Below, in pieces: positions 11,609 to 24,587 of a DNA stretch of 64,000 bases. Made by a program: the position numbers and the translations under genes. The stretch's first letter is position 1, and each line of letters starts with the position of its first letter. Location: the NCBI GenBank assembly GCA_964016885.1, contig OZ024764.1, positions 25,916,001-25,980,000 of the forward strand. The letters run 5' to 3'. Origin of the DNA: Eledone cirrhosa. Lineage: Eukaryota. Below the pieces are notes generated by a model, which saw only the letters and a list, made by a program, of their open reading frames with translations, was not told the origin of the DNA and searched no databases.

Positions 11609-12823
11609 ATGGACGGAATTTTCACATCTCATCCTAACGTGAAAGCCACGCCCCCTAAGAAAGGTGATACAGAGAAGCTAGAAGCACAAGGCTCTAAGTC
11701 TTCCCTCCTCACTTCTGCAAAAGAAACATGGAACACGGAATTAAAAGAAAAATTTGTAAAAATGGGTGAAAACCCAGAAAGTCACATAAACGCAGACAAA
11801 AACAACAACGACAATAACAGCAATAGTCACAACACCAACAAAGGAAAAAATAACGATAACACCAAACAAAGCGAACACACTACTGGTGCCTCCTTTGCAC
11901 AGGCGGTCCGGAAAACACAAACCTGCAAGCAACTGGACATTACAACTCTGAGAGAAAAGATGAAGGAAGCAAAACAGTATGTAACTTTCAAAGAAGGAGG
12001 AGACTTCACAATCACCTCCCCACAAGAAATCAAAAGAGACACGACGCTAAGAACGATATCTTTCAGAACAATTTCCAACATAACAAGGAAACCAGCTCAA
12101 TTATCCCAAAAAGAAATTCCGCTGGTCCTAAAAAATGTGTGGAGTGATATATCGTTCATACAAAAAGAGCCACTCTATGGGAATATAACGGTGCTTATGA
12201 AGGATCAATTGACGGCCAGGAAATACTCTGTGGCGCCAATTGTTTCCAAGCTACATACATTTTTCCCCACATATTTAGGGAAAAGAACGCAGAAAATAAG
12301 GGTCTCCGGAATCCGGCCAAATGCATGCATTTTCTGGGTACTAACAGGATTTTTAGAAGACGAGGACGGAATCCTCTCAGTAGGAGAAGTCACAACAGAC
12401 GTTTTCGGCGGTTTGAGCGTGGAGGTTCTGGTCCAAATGAGACCAGAACGAATAGCTAGAATACGACAGAGGGTGTCCCTCGATGGAGAAACATTTATAT
12501 ACATTTCAGCCGAGGGTAGGAGGCCCATATGTTACTACTGTTCAAGCAGGGGTCATCTAAGGGCTGCCTGTCCTCAATTGACAAAAAAAAAGGCTCTTTT
12601 GCCTACACCCCACACACCACCACCGCCACCACCTCCACCACCACCACAACAACAACAAAAACAACACGGAAAAATAACACAAGACACGGCCCCACCCAAA
12701 ACAAGTCCAAAAACACACACAAACACAACAAAACCCCAAAATACACCACTACCCGACAGCACGGACGAGGACCCAGCTGAAACGGCACCTAGTGACGAAG
12801 AGGGGGACCCTTCCAACCTGTAA
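11609..12823 (+). CDS. Tx1 ORF1 (gag-like nucleic-acid-binding protein)
   Basis: First ATG at 11609 (MDGIFTS); SFAQAVR motif; CYYCSSRGHLRAAC zinc knuckle; Pro/Thr-rich tail. Confidence 0.8.
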   Translation: MDGIFTSHPNVKATPPKKGDTEKLEAQGSKSSLLTSAKETWNTELKEKFVKMGENPESHINADKNNNDNNSNSHNTNKGKNNDNTKQSEHTTGASFAQAVRKTQTCKQLDITTLREKMKEAKQYVTFKEGGDFTITSPQEIKRDTTLRTISFRTISNITRKPAQLSQKEIPLVLKNVWSDISFIQKEPLYGNITVLMKDQLTARKYSVAPIVSKLHTFFPTYLGKRTQKIRVSGIRPNACIFWVLTGFLEDEDGILSVGEVTTDVFGGLSVEVLVQMRPERIARIRQRVSLDGETFIYISAEGRRPICYYCSSRGHLRAACPQLTKKKALLPTPHTPPPPPPPPPPQQQQKQHGKITQDTAPPKTSPKTHTNTTKPQNTPLPDSTDEDPAETAPSDEEGDPSNL

Positions 12824-13352
12824 AAAGGAAAAAAAGAAAGCACCACTCGAATATAAACGAAACAAACACACAACCACCAACAAAAACAAAACAAACAGAA
12901 CAAACAAAATCCGCCCCACCCCAAAACATAACACATACAACAAAACGTAAGCACACACAAGAACAACAAACAAACACAACACAAATAAAACAGTATACAT
13001 ACATTAACACAAATAACAAAGAACTAGTAAAAACAATACACAAAGACCCTTCGGTGGAAACTGAAGGGCAATTCTTTGCAAGCGCGGCCAACAAACCGCA
13101 TTTAAAAATGATAAGACTCCCAATGGACACCTATGCAAAACTAAGAGAGAACTTTCCTGAGGACGTGGGGAAAACATGTACTCGACCCTATAACCGCGTC
13201 CTCTTGAAACGTTTCCCCACCCACACCTCACCAAACACCCCACTCCGCCACAGAACAACACACCACCAAACAACCCCTCCAATACGCCCATGGATATTGT
13301 GCAACCTGCTCCTCAGGAGCCGAACAGGTAGGTCCTTCCTCTTTTAACCAAC

Positions 13353-16300
13353 ATGGATGATATAAGAGTTGGGTGTCTGAATGTACGCGGCCTGGGACTG
13401 TCTTGGAAACAAGGCAAACTTTTAAACGATCTCAGGTCGCATAGAATGGATGTAATGGCTATTTGCGAGTCCAGGATCAGCAGCGAGCACCAACTGGCGC
13501 CCCTCTTCGACGACTTTGAGATCTTCGCATCTCTCTGTCAACCGGGGGGTGGGGGTGGAGTTGTCGTTCTGCTGCGAAAACACCTGGGCCTCGCCATACA
13601 GAAGGTGCACCTGGACCCGGAGGGTCGACTGGTGGTTTTAGACGTCGGCAGTAGTGAAAGTGGAGCCCTTAGACTAATAGCTGTGTACGCTCCTTTTTGG
13701 GCAGCGCGGCCGGAATACTTCCAACGTCTGGAAACTTTTCTGGGAACGTCCCGCTCCTTGCTTTTAGTGGGGGACTGGAATGGTATCCTGGATGCACGTT
13801 GGGACTATGTAGGGGCATGTGCCAATAGAGGGGGGTGTAAAAGCCTCAAAAGGTTAAACGGCCGATTTGACCTGGCCGATAGATATCGACTAGATTTTCC
13901 GACTGTACCACTATGGACGTGGACCAATCGCAGTGGAACATCTAGGTCGTACCTAGATAGGGTCCTAGTTAGAGAGAAGGATAGGGACACATTTAGCTGT
14001 CCAAAAATGTTCATGGTTGACTATTCGGATCACAAGTTAGTGACCTGCATAGCCAACCTTGATAGAACCCATAGACAGGGACCCGGTTACTGGAAGTTGA
14101 ACTTGTCCTTACCGACAAGCAAAGCTTACAGTAAACGGATTAGCACGTTAGTTAAGCAGAGTTTGACAGGGGCAATTGTCAACAACAGGTGGTGGAGCTC
14201 TCTTAAGAGAGCAATTAGAATAGAATCGATAGGTTTTAGTCAGGAATTAGCAAGGGATAGGAACAAGACTGAAAGGGAATTAGTAGATAGAGTAGAAGAG
14301 GCGATTAGGAGTGGCAATGTAGCCGGCGTGCTGGCACCAAGAATGGCCTTAGACCAGTTCTTTGAGGTGAAGCATGAAGGCTGCGTTGTCAGAAGTAAAA
14401 TACGTGCTCTGGGTAATGAGGGAGCCAAAGCTGTGAGCTGGGCCCGAGTGACAGAGGCAAAAAGTGGGAACAAGTCCACAATTCGGTCTTTGAAGGACCA
14501 GGATGGGCGTGTGATCCTTGAACCTGGGCAGATGTGTGCGACCTTTCAGCGGCACTTTGCACGACTGTTCGAGAGGGGCGGCGTGCCGGGTGAGACTATG
14601 GATTTCAATCCATACCTCGACGGCCTGCCGCGCCTCTCGGACGCGGAGGCGAAGTCCTGCGAAAGGACGATTTCAGCTGCTGAGATAGGGGCGGCGCTGA
14701 GCCAATGCGGCAAACGCAAATCCCCGGGTCTCGATGGTCTACCATACGAGCTATATGTAGTGATGCCGGACTTGTTCTCCGATATCCTCGAAGCGGTCTA
14801 CTGCAACTGGCAGCAGAACGGGAGAATTCCCAGTTCTGTGACCAAGGGCGTAGTTACGCTGGTGAGGAAGGATGAGAACAAGGGGGATGACATAAGTAAC
14901 TTCAGGCCCATAACTCTGCTAAATACAGAGTTAAAGATTTTGGCCAAGGTGTTAGCGAAGAGGTTGGCGCTTGTCGTCGGAAACCTGGTGGGAGAAGCGC
15001 AGACATGCGCAATCCCGTCCAGGTCCATTCACGACAATCTCCACCTTATGCGATACATCATAGAGAGGGTAGGGAATGAACCCGGCTTTGGTGGGGCCCT
15101 GATCAACTTGGATCAATCTAAAGCTTTCGATAGGGTTGACCATCGTTACCTGGATGCGGTGCTCGCGGCGGCAGGCTTTGGACCCGTTTTCAGGGGTTGG
15201 ATTGCTGCGATGCACAGCAGCAACGTCTGCTCAAGGGTCAAGGTGAACGGCCACCTCTCGGAGCCGTTCCAAATCATGTGATCCATCCGACAGGGATGCC
15301 CTCTCTCCTCCCTTCAGTATGTGCTGGCTCTTGAGCCACTACTGCGGAAGTTGGAGCGGTGCAGGGCATCCCTTTGGAACTGGGAATGCAGAAAGCGGCG
15401 TCGGCCTACGCCGATGACGTGACAGTAATGGTGTCGAAAACCTCGCAAATCGGTGAGATCGGCATCTTACTGGAGGAATATGAAAGGTTTACAGGAGCCA
15501 AGTTGAACCGGGACAAGTCCGTCGGTTTGCAACTCGGAACATGGAGAGGCAAACCGATGCCCTCCAATGACGTCGTCGGACGCTGGACGGAGGGACCGGT
15601 GAAGCTGCTTGGGGTCTGGTTCGGACCAGACCTCCAGGTGGAGAAAAACTGGAACGAGGTAATGGCCAGGGTGTTTGCACTCACCCAGAAGTGGGCCCAG
15701 TGCAAACTATCCCTGAAAGGTCGAGCGGAGGTGGCGAATACTTATATAGCATCCGTCATCTACTACCGCTTGACCATCGTGCTTTGCCCAGTGAAAAGAC
15801 TCGCCAAAATGGAGTGCGCGCTGTTCCAATTTCTTTGGAACAAGCGGACCCCTTTGGTGAGGAGATCCATCTGCTGTCAACACCCTTCGAAAGGAGGGCT
15901 GGGGATGCCGTGGCTACAGATGCGTAAGCACGCATTAAGGCTGCGGCACCTCCAGGTATTCCTCACCGGTCAACCGGTGTGTGCCCCGTTTGTGAGGCGA
16001 GCCTTTCCCAGACTCGTCTCGCTCACCGAGCTGCAATCCTGGGTCAAGCAAAGACCGAGAAAAGTAGGCGACTGGCACATTGAATGTGCCCAGGCGCTCA
16101 CGGCCCTCTGGAAAGCGGACCCGGCAATCAGTGGAGACTCCGCCTCGACATTCTATAGAGGGTTGGTACGCAGCAGGTGCGACGATGCTCTCGGAAAAGC
16201 TCTAGGCATGGAGGAAGATGAACTGGCCAGTCTGTTCGGTAGGACGTTTGGCCCTGGACCGATGGACAACTTCCAAAAGTCCCTGGCTTGGCAGTGCTAC

Positions 16301-16789
16301 CGAGGGGCTCTACCCGTTCGAGACAAGCTCCACAGGCATGGGAGCCTGGGTAGGGATCCTTTGAATAAGATCTGTCCGAGATGCGTGCATGACGACGAAA
16401 CCGTTGCGCACGCATTTGTACACTGCCCAGGCATTGCTGACCTGTGGCGCTATGTGGAACGACTACTGTCGAGGGTGGGACCAATCCGGTTGACCACCGA
16501 GTCCATTGTCACGATCAAACCGCCTCCCCCTTTCAAAAACGAAGGAGAGGCGGTTTTTCTCTGTGTGATAGCCATGGCTAAAGAAGTTGTATGGTGGACG
16601 AGGCTGAAAGGGCTGAGGTCAGACACCTTTCTCTCCGGCCAACAACTGGTCCCCTTTTTCAAATACCATTTTAAAAGAAGGATCAGAATGGAGAGAGAGG
16701 TCCTCTACCCCAGCAAGTTTTATGAAAGGTGGGTGAAAGTAGGGAGAATGGCCAGAGTGAATGGGTCTTCTCTCTATATCAGCCTGTAG
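13353..16789 (+). pseudogene. Tx1 ORF2 (AP endonuclease, RT, C-terminal zinc finger); TGA at 15279-15281 and a frameshift near 15358
   Basis: CLNVRGL, GDWNGILD, SYLDRVLV, SDHKLV, SPGLDGLPYE, NFRPITLLN, DQSKAFDRVDH, *SIRQGCPLS, AYADDVTV, CPRC..ETVAHAFVHC. Confidence 0.92.
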
Positions 16790-17025
16790 GTGAAAGAAGA
16801 GGAAAAAGAGGAGACGAGGGAAGCACCTACTCTTTGTGCTCCTGAGGAGAAGGGTTGCACATTTTTTCCGGGGTGTGTGCGACCCATGTTAATGCCCCCT
16901 TCCTATTGAGGACTTCGTTTGTTGTTGTTATTTCATTGTTATATTTTTGTACTCGTTAATTATATGTAAACTTCCCCCCTTGTATCTGTCCCTACCTTTT
17001 GTGCCCTAGTGGCAAATAAAGAAAC

Positions 17026-17220
17026 CACTCTATATATACTATTGTATTTTCACAGTAAAGGTTTTACCTCACATAATATCTCTCATAACATTTACATTAC
17101 TCTATATATACTATTGTATTTTCACAATAAAGGCTTTACCTCACATAATATCTCACATAACATTTACATTACTCTATATATACTATTGTATTTTCACAGT
17201 AAAGGTTTTACCTCACATAA
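17026..17220 (+). repeat. 72-bp minisatellite, middle block between the two LINEs
   Basis: About 2.7 units of the same repeat. Confidence 0.9.
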
Positions 17221-19308
17221 AAAAAAGCGGAATAAATCTTCTAACCATCTCAAGCAAGTGACAAAGAAGGCAGTGCTTGAATTTGAACAGTGCATCGCAA
17301 CCAATCCTGACAGTAAGGTGTTCTGGAAATATGTTCATTCAAAGCAGAGACCTCACTCTCCAGTTGGTCCTCTTCGCAATCCCCACACAAGCCAGATCAA
17401 ATAATGCGCAGAACTCATTGCTGAGTGCTATGCAAGTATTTTTACTGTTGAAAACCAGAATGTACCATCTCCACCATCTCTAACATCAAATTCCATAACA
17501 ACTATGGAATTTACACCTGCAATGTTGCGACGTCACCTTAAGAATAAGCGCAACTATGCCTCCCCTGGTCTTGATGGTGTGACATACCTGCTTCTCAAAC
17601 GTGGCGGGGATTTCCTTTTGCGCCAGCTTTCTTTTTTCTTTCAATACTGTCTCAGCAATGGTGCTACTCCGGAGCAGTGGAAAACTGCCAGTGTCATTCC
17701 CCTGTTCAAAAAGGGCAACCGCATGTCACCTGTCAACTATCGTCCAGTCAGTCTTACTAGCTGTATGGCCAAACTGATGGAATCCTGTGTCAGAGAAACA
17801 CTTTGGAACTTCTAGAGCTCTCACAGCCTCATCCGGCCCTCACAGTTTGGATTTATCCCTAACTCCAGCTGCTGTGATCAGCTTATCGAGTTCCTTGAGG
17901 ACATCACCCGGATCACTGACAGCGGCTCATGGGTGGATGTTGTTTACCTTGACTTTGCTAAGGCTTTTAATTCTGTGCCACACAAAAGACTTATGGCAAA
18001 ACTCTCTGCAATGGGTGTGAGGGATGATCTTTTCGACTGGCTGAAATCCTTCATTCTCAGCCGAAAGGAAGTAGTCACGGTTCTAGGACAGCATTCTTCA
18101 CCATATGAGATGTCATCTGGTGTACCACAGGGATCTGTTCTTGGTCCTCTTTTGTTTGTGGCATATATTAATGACATAGATGCCAACTTACAGAATGCCA
18201 CGGTACTAAAATATGCAGATGACATCAAGCTGTACCTTGAAATCAAAAGGACTGATCCTGAAATTTACAACTCTTTCCTACAATCAGACCTGGACACAAT
18301 GCAGCAATGGATCACAGACTGGCAACTGAAGCTGGCTGTGGACAAGTGTACCACCATGCATTTTGGAAGGAAAAATCCAGCGTCCACATACTCCCTCCAC
18401 AACACTGACATCAAAAAGTCCTCTTGTGAACGTGACCTGGGCATTACTGTCAGCAACGATTTGCGTTGGACAGAGCATGTCTCTAAGATTGTCAAGAAGG
18501 CCGAGGGTGTCTTGGCATCACTCAGCAAGACCTTTGTTAGCCGCTCTCTAGCCATCTATTTAAAACTGTATACAGCTATGGTGCGACCACACTTGGAATT
18601 CGCATCATCAGTCTGGAACCCCTATCTTGCTTGGAACATTGACCTCCTGGAAACTGTTCAGAGACGTGCAACCAAGCGCATACCCTCCATCAGACACCTA
18701 CCATACTCTGAACGCCTTGCTTCCCTGGGCATGGATTCATTGAAGCTCAGACGTCTGGCAATGGACTTGGTGAATACCCACAAAGTTTTTAACCATCTTG
18801 CCAACTGCAACCCTGAGAGCCTCTTTGATTATCCATGTGTCTAACACACGTGGACATGCCTACAAGATAAGAAAACAGCACAGCTCCCATGACTTTCGCA
18901 GACATTTTTTCACGCTCAGAGTTGCTGAAGCATGGAACAAACTGCCTGCGTCAATTGTTAGCTGCCGAGACACTGCATCCTTTAAGACACTCATGCTTCC
19001 CGAAATACGCCAAAACTACACCTGATGTGCCCCTTCCATACACATGCACACATGTGTGTATCATGACTCGTGCACTGTTCATTTTACTGATGTTTGTGCA
19101 TTGCCCTATGTACTGTACATGCACTTTTTTGATGAGTTGTGGTGCACCTGGGCACTGTACACAATATTTCATTATTGTTATTGTTATTATATCATGACTC
19201 ATACACTGTTTATTTTCCTGACATTTGTACATTATTCTATGTACTATACATGCACCTTTGATGAGTTGTAGTGCACCTGAGCACTGTACACAATAATTTA
19301 ATTATTAT
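17221..19308 (+). mobile_element. 5'-truncated CR1/Jockey-group LINE (RT and 3'UTR), disrupted
   Basis: SPGLDG, NYRPVSLTSCMAKLMES, VVYLDFAKAFNSVPH, GVPQGSVLGPLLFVAYIND, YADDIK, VRPHLEFASSVWNPY; internally duplicated 3'UTR ending in an (att)n-like tail. Confidence 0.88.
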
Positions 19309-19716
19309 AATATCTCTCATAACATTTACATTACTCTATATATACTATTGTATTGTCACAGTAAAGGCTTTACCTCACATAATATCTCATAACATTTACA
19401 TTACTCTATATATACTATTGTATTGTCACAGTAAAGGCTTTACCTCACATAATACCTCACATAACATTTACATTACTCTATATATACTATTGTATTGTCA
19501 CAGTAAAGGCTTTACCTCACATAATATCTCATAACATTTACATTACTCTATATATACTATTGTATTGTCACAGTAAAGGCTTTACCTCACATAATACCTC
19601 ACATAACATTTACATTACTCTATATATACTATTGTATTGTCACAGTAAAGGCTTTATCTCACATAATACCTCACATAACATTTACATTACTCTATATACA
19701 CTATTGTATTGTCACA
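19307..19716 (+). repeat. 72-bp minisatellite, right block; continues into MITE-like sequence gagattttgatattatttattttgagaacaata
   Basis: About 5.5 units; downstream sequence matches the interior of the MITE at 52784-52998. Confidence 0.9.
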
Positions 19717-19865
19717 GAGATTTTGATATTATTTATTTTGAGAACAATATCTTAACAGAGAATGTAGTTCAATGGCCTAAAAACTCACATCCAGGCTACA
19801 AACACATTGAAGTCTGTTTGAATATTCAAGCAATGGCTGTACTCAAGCATGAAGGGCTGACATAA

Positions 19866-20385
19866 TGGCAGTATCGGTAGAGAGTCGGACGCCATGCTTT
19901 CCAGCATAGTTACGTCCCTTTACGGTCTGAGTTCAAATCCCGCCGAGGTTAACTTTGCCTTTCATCCTTAGGGGTCGATAAAATAAAGTACCAGTAATGT
20001 ACTGAGATAATTGCTGGCCTTGTGCCAAATGTAGAAACAATTATTTATAAATGTAGGGCGGTGGATTGAAAGTATCGGTAGAGGGTCGGACGCCATGCTT
20101 TGAAGCATAGAGTTACCTCCCTTTATGATCTGAGGTTAAATCCCTCCGAGGTTAACTTTGCCTTTCATCCTTACGGGGTCAATAAAATAAAGTACCAGTA
20201 ATGTACTGGGATAATTGCTGGCCTTGTGCCAAAAGTAGAAACAATTATTATGCGGGGGATTGGCAGTATCGGTAGAAGGTTTGACGCCATGCTTTGCAGC
20301 ATGGAGTTACGGCCCTTTATGGTCTGAGTCCAAATCCCGTCGAGGTTAACTTTGCCTTTCACCCTTGCGGGGTCGATAAAATATT
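19866..20385 (+). mobile_element. Three head-to-tail tRNA-derived SINE copies
   Basis: A-box tggcagtatcgg, B-box gagttcaaatcc, body ttgcctttcatcc...ggggtcgataaaataaagtaccag, tail tgtgccaaaagtagaaacaattatt. Confidence 0.85.
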
Positions 20386-20387
20386 AT

Positions 20388-20820
20388 GTCGGGTCACTCT
20401 TGAGTGCTACTTGTAACATGTAACCCAGTACAACCTGTTGCATGGTCGGGTCGTCGGCGACTAAACCGGCAACCCCACCATGTTTACTTGGTGAGCAGGG
20501 GATTTTGGACACCCTGCAGGACAAAGAACAAAACCTGACAAAGGGCGGAAGAACTCATAAGAGTCAACAGCCATCCAAAAGTGTGTAAATATGTATATAC
20601 ATATGTACATATGTATGTATATGTTTATATACATGGGTGCATGTGTATGTATATGTGCGGTTAAACCACTGGGAGTGAAGGACCCCTAGCCTTTGTCAGG
20701 GCATTCTTCTAGAAGGCAACTCAGGAAACGGGGATAACTCCGATATAAAACCTGCGGCTCAGTAGTTACCAATGATGTTGGTCTTTTCTTCTTTTCAGGT
20801 TATAGCTACTGTCGCTCAGT
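20388..20820 (+). mobile_element. RTE-5'UTR-like short repeat (family B), uninterrupted copy
   Basis: Colinear with 1290-1490 and 3750-3920; homologous to the 5' half of the units at 47622 and 48752. Confidence 0.65.
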
Positions 20821-21095
20821 CCTCAATGACATGAACCTTAACTTTCGAAGACTTATTTGTCTGTTTTACGAGCTGAGGATTTTAGTATGCATAGAACTTT
20901 TCTCACCTTAGCCAAAATAAAAGTGGAATAATGCACAATAATCACCTATATATATAAGCACCCAAGATCAGTCTTACGTATATATACATACATAAACATG
21001 TTATTTACAGTTGTATAAAAAAGAAGTATAATTGTTTCTACTTTTGGCACAAGGCCAACAATTATCCCAGTACATTACTGTTACTTTATTATATA

Positions 21096-22394
21096 TCTAT
21101 ACTATAAAGCTGACGGCCGTATGTAAGAAACAAACTTTCCGCCAAGCGGCTGAATCAAACGGCACCAAATTTGCACCATAGTGCAAGTAAGAAAGTGAGG
21201 GTATTTTTGTCTACTAAATTTTGTTAAAAGATTAAAGACATTATTTAAATATTCACTTCTTTAAAATTTTCAAATGTCAACACTTCCGGTTATATGACAT
21301 TCCTAAGGTCTTCACGAACCAAAGTATCATCTCCCTGTTTTCTTTCGGTTGCAACGTTTTTCGAAATATTTACTTCTGCGTTCACAGATTGATTTTTTTA
21401 GTTTCAGAAGATCTTTGCTTAAACTTTAATCTATATATATATAATATATATATATATAATCTCTCTCTCTATATATATATATATATATAATTATATATTC
21501 GTGTACAGATATTTTTGCATACACAAAAACAAAATATAAACAAACGTATTTATTTCACGAAAGCACAGACGACTTATCGTCATTGTTACTGACGATATGC
21601 CCCTCCAGTCGCTGACAAGTCCGGCGTTTAATACATAGACACACACAACTTGGCGCATACATACAAAGATTGTTCCCGTCATTTCTTTCATTGTTTCAAT
21701 ATGCATGCCGACCTAGACAACACGCAGCAACAGCATTTCTGGTGTGTCGAAGTAAACTTTCGTCATCATTCTCAATTGCATGTGAAGATGCAATGGAAGC
21801 AGCATTTCTGTTTTGTTGATTTCAGCGATTCTTTTTGGTGAATATGGCTTTTGCTGCATCTGTCCATTTCGCATGCTGTGGCTGTCTATAATCTGCCCGT
21901 CAAACTCACCATGGGTATGTTATCAGCTCTTCATAGTTTATACTTAAACATCTACGCTATGACATTGTCAATATTTTTTATCACAGGTGCGAACCTCTTT
22001 GATGCTGCCTGCCCCCTCGACTTCGGATAATGTATTTTTTTCTTTTGTTTTTCATGTCCATCCAATTTCTGTATTTCAAAATAACTGATAGTTTGGTTAC
22101 GCTGATGTTTTTTCTCTGAGACAAGTGTTGCATTGTTTACACTTTCGATTTTTGTTAATAGATTACCAGAGCAGTTTTTATCCCCAGCATCCTCTTTTGT
22201 TGTAACATTCGGGTTATGGTTTTGTTTTCTTAACTTCATAAGGCATACTGTTGGTTGAGGGAATATTAATCAAAAGTACCACATGAAAGTCTACACTGTA
22301 GACTCTACAATTTTTAAGCCAAGAAAGGAACTTAACATTGTAACTTTAACACAGCTACTGAGCAGCCCTGAACAACGCCGGGCTTTACTGCTAA
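21096..22394 (+). mobile_element. Non-autonomous Helitron-type element
   Basis: A|TC start (tctatactataaagctg), hairpin gccctgaacaacgccgggc, CTAA|T end; shares internal block 21310-21430 with 9524-9670. Confidence 0.7.
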
Positions 22395-22625
22395 TTATAG
22401 ATATATAATTAATTAGACATACAGACAGATATTATAAGCACGCGACGTTACAGCTATGTATCTATCTAAAAAGACAGTAAGAAAGAGAGAGGAATGTCGT
22501 ATTATTACTAGCTGATGTACCCAGCTTCGCCAAGGTTGACAAATGATAAGAGAAGACCGACAGAAGAGAAAACGTCTGTATTGAATGCATTGTCTTGTTT
22601 ACAGTGTGTGAGTGTGTGAGTGTGT

Positions 22626-22713
<88 letters not shown>

Positions 22714-23001
22714 ATATGTGGGTGTGTGTGTGAGTGTTCGTGTGTGTGCCTGTGTGTGTGTAAACCACCGTTGGAATCGGAGACATAGGCCGCGAAACAC
22801 GATCATCACTGACAACGAACTCGAAGAGAGAATCCCTTATGGTTGATTCCCAACCTGCTAGAAATAGCAGTCAGGTTGGTTAGCATACGTGGTATGTCTT
22901 TCTTCTTCTTTACACATATACACACACACACATACATACATACACACATACATATATATTGAGCAGCTTATAATTAAAGTTGTTCCAGCCGTGACTATCA
23001 T

Positions 23002-23070
<69 letters not shown>

Positions 23071-23076
<6 letters not shown>

Positions 23077-24002
23077 ACGTCAAAACGGACGGTCGCAAAA
23101 GTGAAACTAAAGTTTAGACAGTTACGTACGTCATTATTTTCAAGGGCGGTGGATTGGCAGTATCGGTAGAGGGTCGGACGCCATGTTAGTGCGGTGGATT
23201 GGCAGTATCGGTAGAGGGTCGGACGCCATGTTAGTGCGGTGGATTGGCAGTATCGGTAGAGGGTCGGACGCCATGTTAGTGCGGTGGATTGGCAGTATCG
23301 GTAGAGGGTCGGACGCCATGGTAGGGCGGTGGATTGGCAGTATCGGTAGGGGGTCGGACGCCATGGTAGGGCGGATTGGCAGTATCGGTAGAGGGTCGGA
23401 CGCCATGTTAGTGCGGTGGATTGGCAGTATCGGTAGAGGGTCGGACGCCATGTTAGTGCGGTGGATTGGCAGTATCGGTAGAGGGTCGGACGCCATGGTA
23501 GGGCGGTGGATTGGCAGTATCGGTAGGGGGTCGGACGCCATGGTAGGGCGGTGGATTGGCAGTATCGGTAGGGGGTCGGACGCCATGGTAGGGCGGTGGA
23601 TTGGCAGTATCGGTAGAGGGTCGGACGCCATGTTAGTGCGGTGGATTGGCAGTATCGGTAGAGGGTCGGACGCCATGCTTTCCAGCATAGTTACGTCCCT
23701 TTACGATCTGAGTTCAAATCCCGCCGAGGTTGACTTTGCCTTTCATCCTTACGGGGTCGATAAAATAAAGTACCAGTAATGCACTGGATAATTGCTGGCC
23801 TTGTGCCTAAAGTAGAAACAATTATTTTCAATTTGGATTGTGAATTTGTTTATTTTTTTACAACAGGTCTCACATATATATATGTAAATATAATGTACAA
23901 ATGATAAAGTTTATTTACATATAAACAATTTCTATAATAAATATGATTTACGAAAGAAACAAATTTATCAAAAAAGAAATGAATACAAATCTCCTTCTGA
24001 CG

Positions 24003-24052
<50 letters not shown>

Positions 24053-24540
24053 GAAATATATATATATTTTATATATATATATTTACACACATGTATAAAT
24101 GTATTCGGGGATTCACATTCTCTCTGCTTATATACATAAATGTATATGGGGGAGGGTACACATACCCCTTTCTCTCTCTCTATATATATATATATATATG
24201 CACTCCCTCTATACGAACATAAACCGAGACACATGTACCCTGTGTGTGGGTGCATGCAAACACACACACACATATATATATATACAAATCTATAGGGCAC
24301 AGCTGTAAAGTCAGTGCTCCATCTTAGTCATAGTCAAAGAACACACGTAAACATTTCTATAGATAGACGCATACATATATATGTATTTATGTTTATATAT
24401 ATATTATGTCCAGTTTGGTTGTAGTAAAGTTAAAATTCATTTGAATTGACAATATGCATACATACGTTTGTATGCATGCTTATATATGTGTATATATATA
24501 TATGAACGAGTAGGACCCCGACGGCTGAGCTCAAGCCGTT

Positions 24541-24587
<47 letters not shown>

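Larger units (their letters stand above)
11399..17025 (+). mobile_element. Near-full-length Tx1/L1-clade LINE
   Basis: 5'UTR, ORF1 with CCHC knuckle, ORF2 APE-RT-zf-RVT, 3'UTR ending aataaagaaacc; both flanks are the 72-bp minisatellite. Confidence 0.92.

Noticed and set aside
19866-20385. tRNA genes
   Set aside because: A and B boxes are present but there is no cloverleaf; they are followed by SINE body and tail
23140-23779. Repeat-protein ORFs on both strands; CRISPR-like appearance
   Set aside because: Tandem SINE heads with no unique spacers; eukaryotic context with no cas genes
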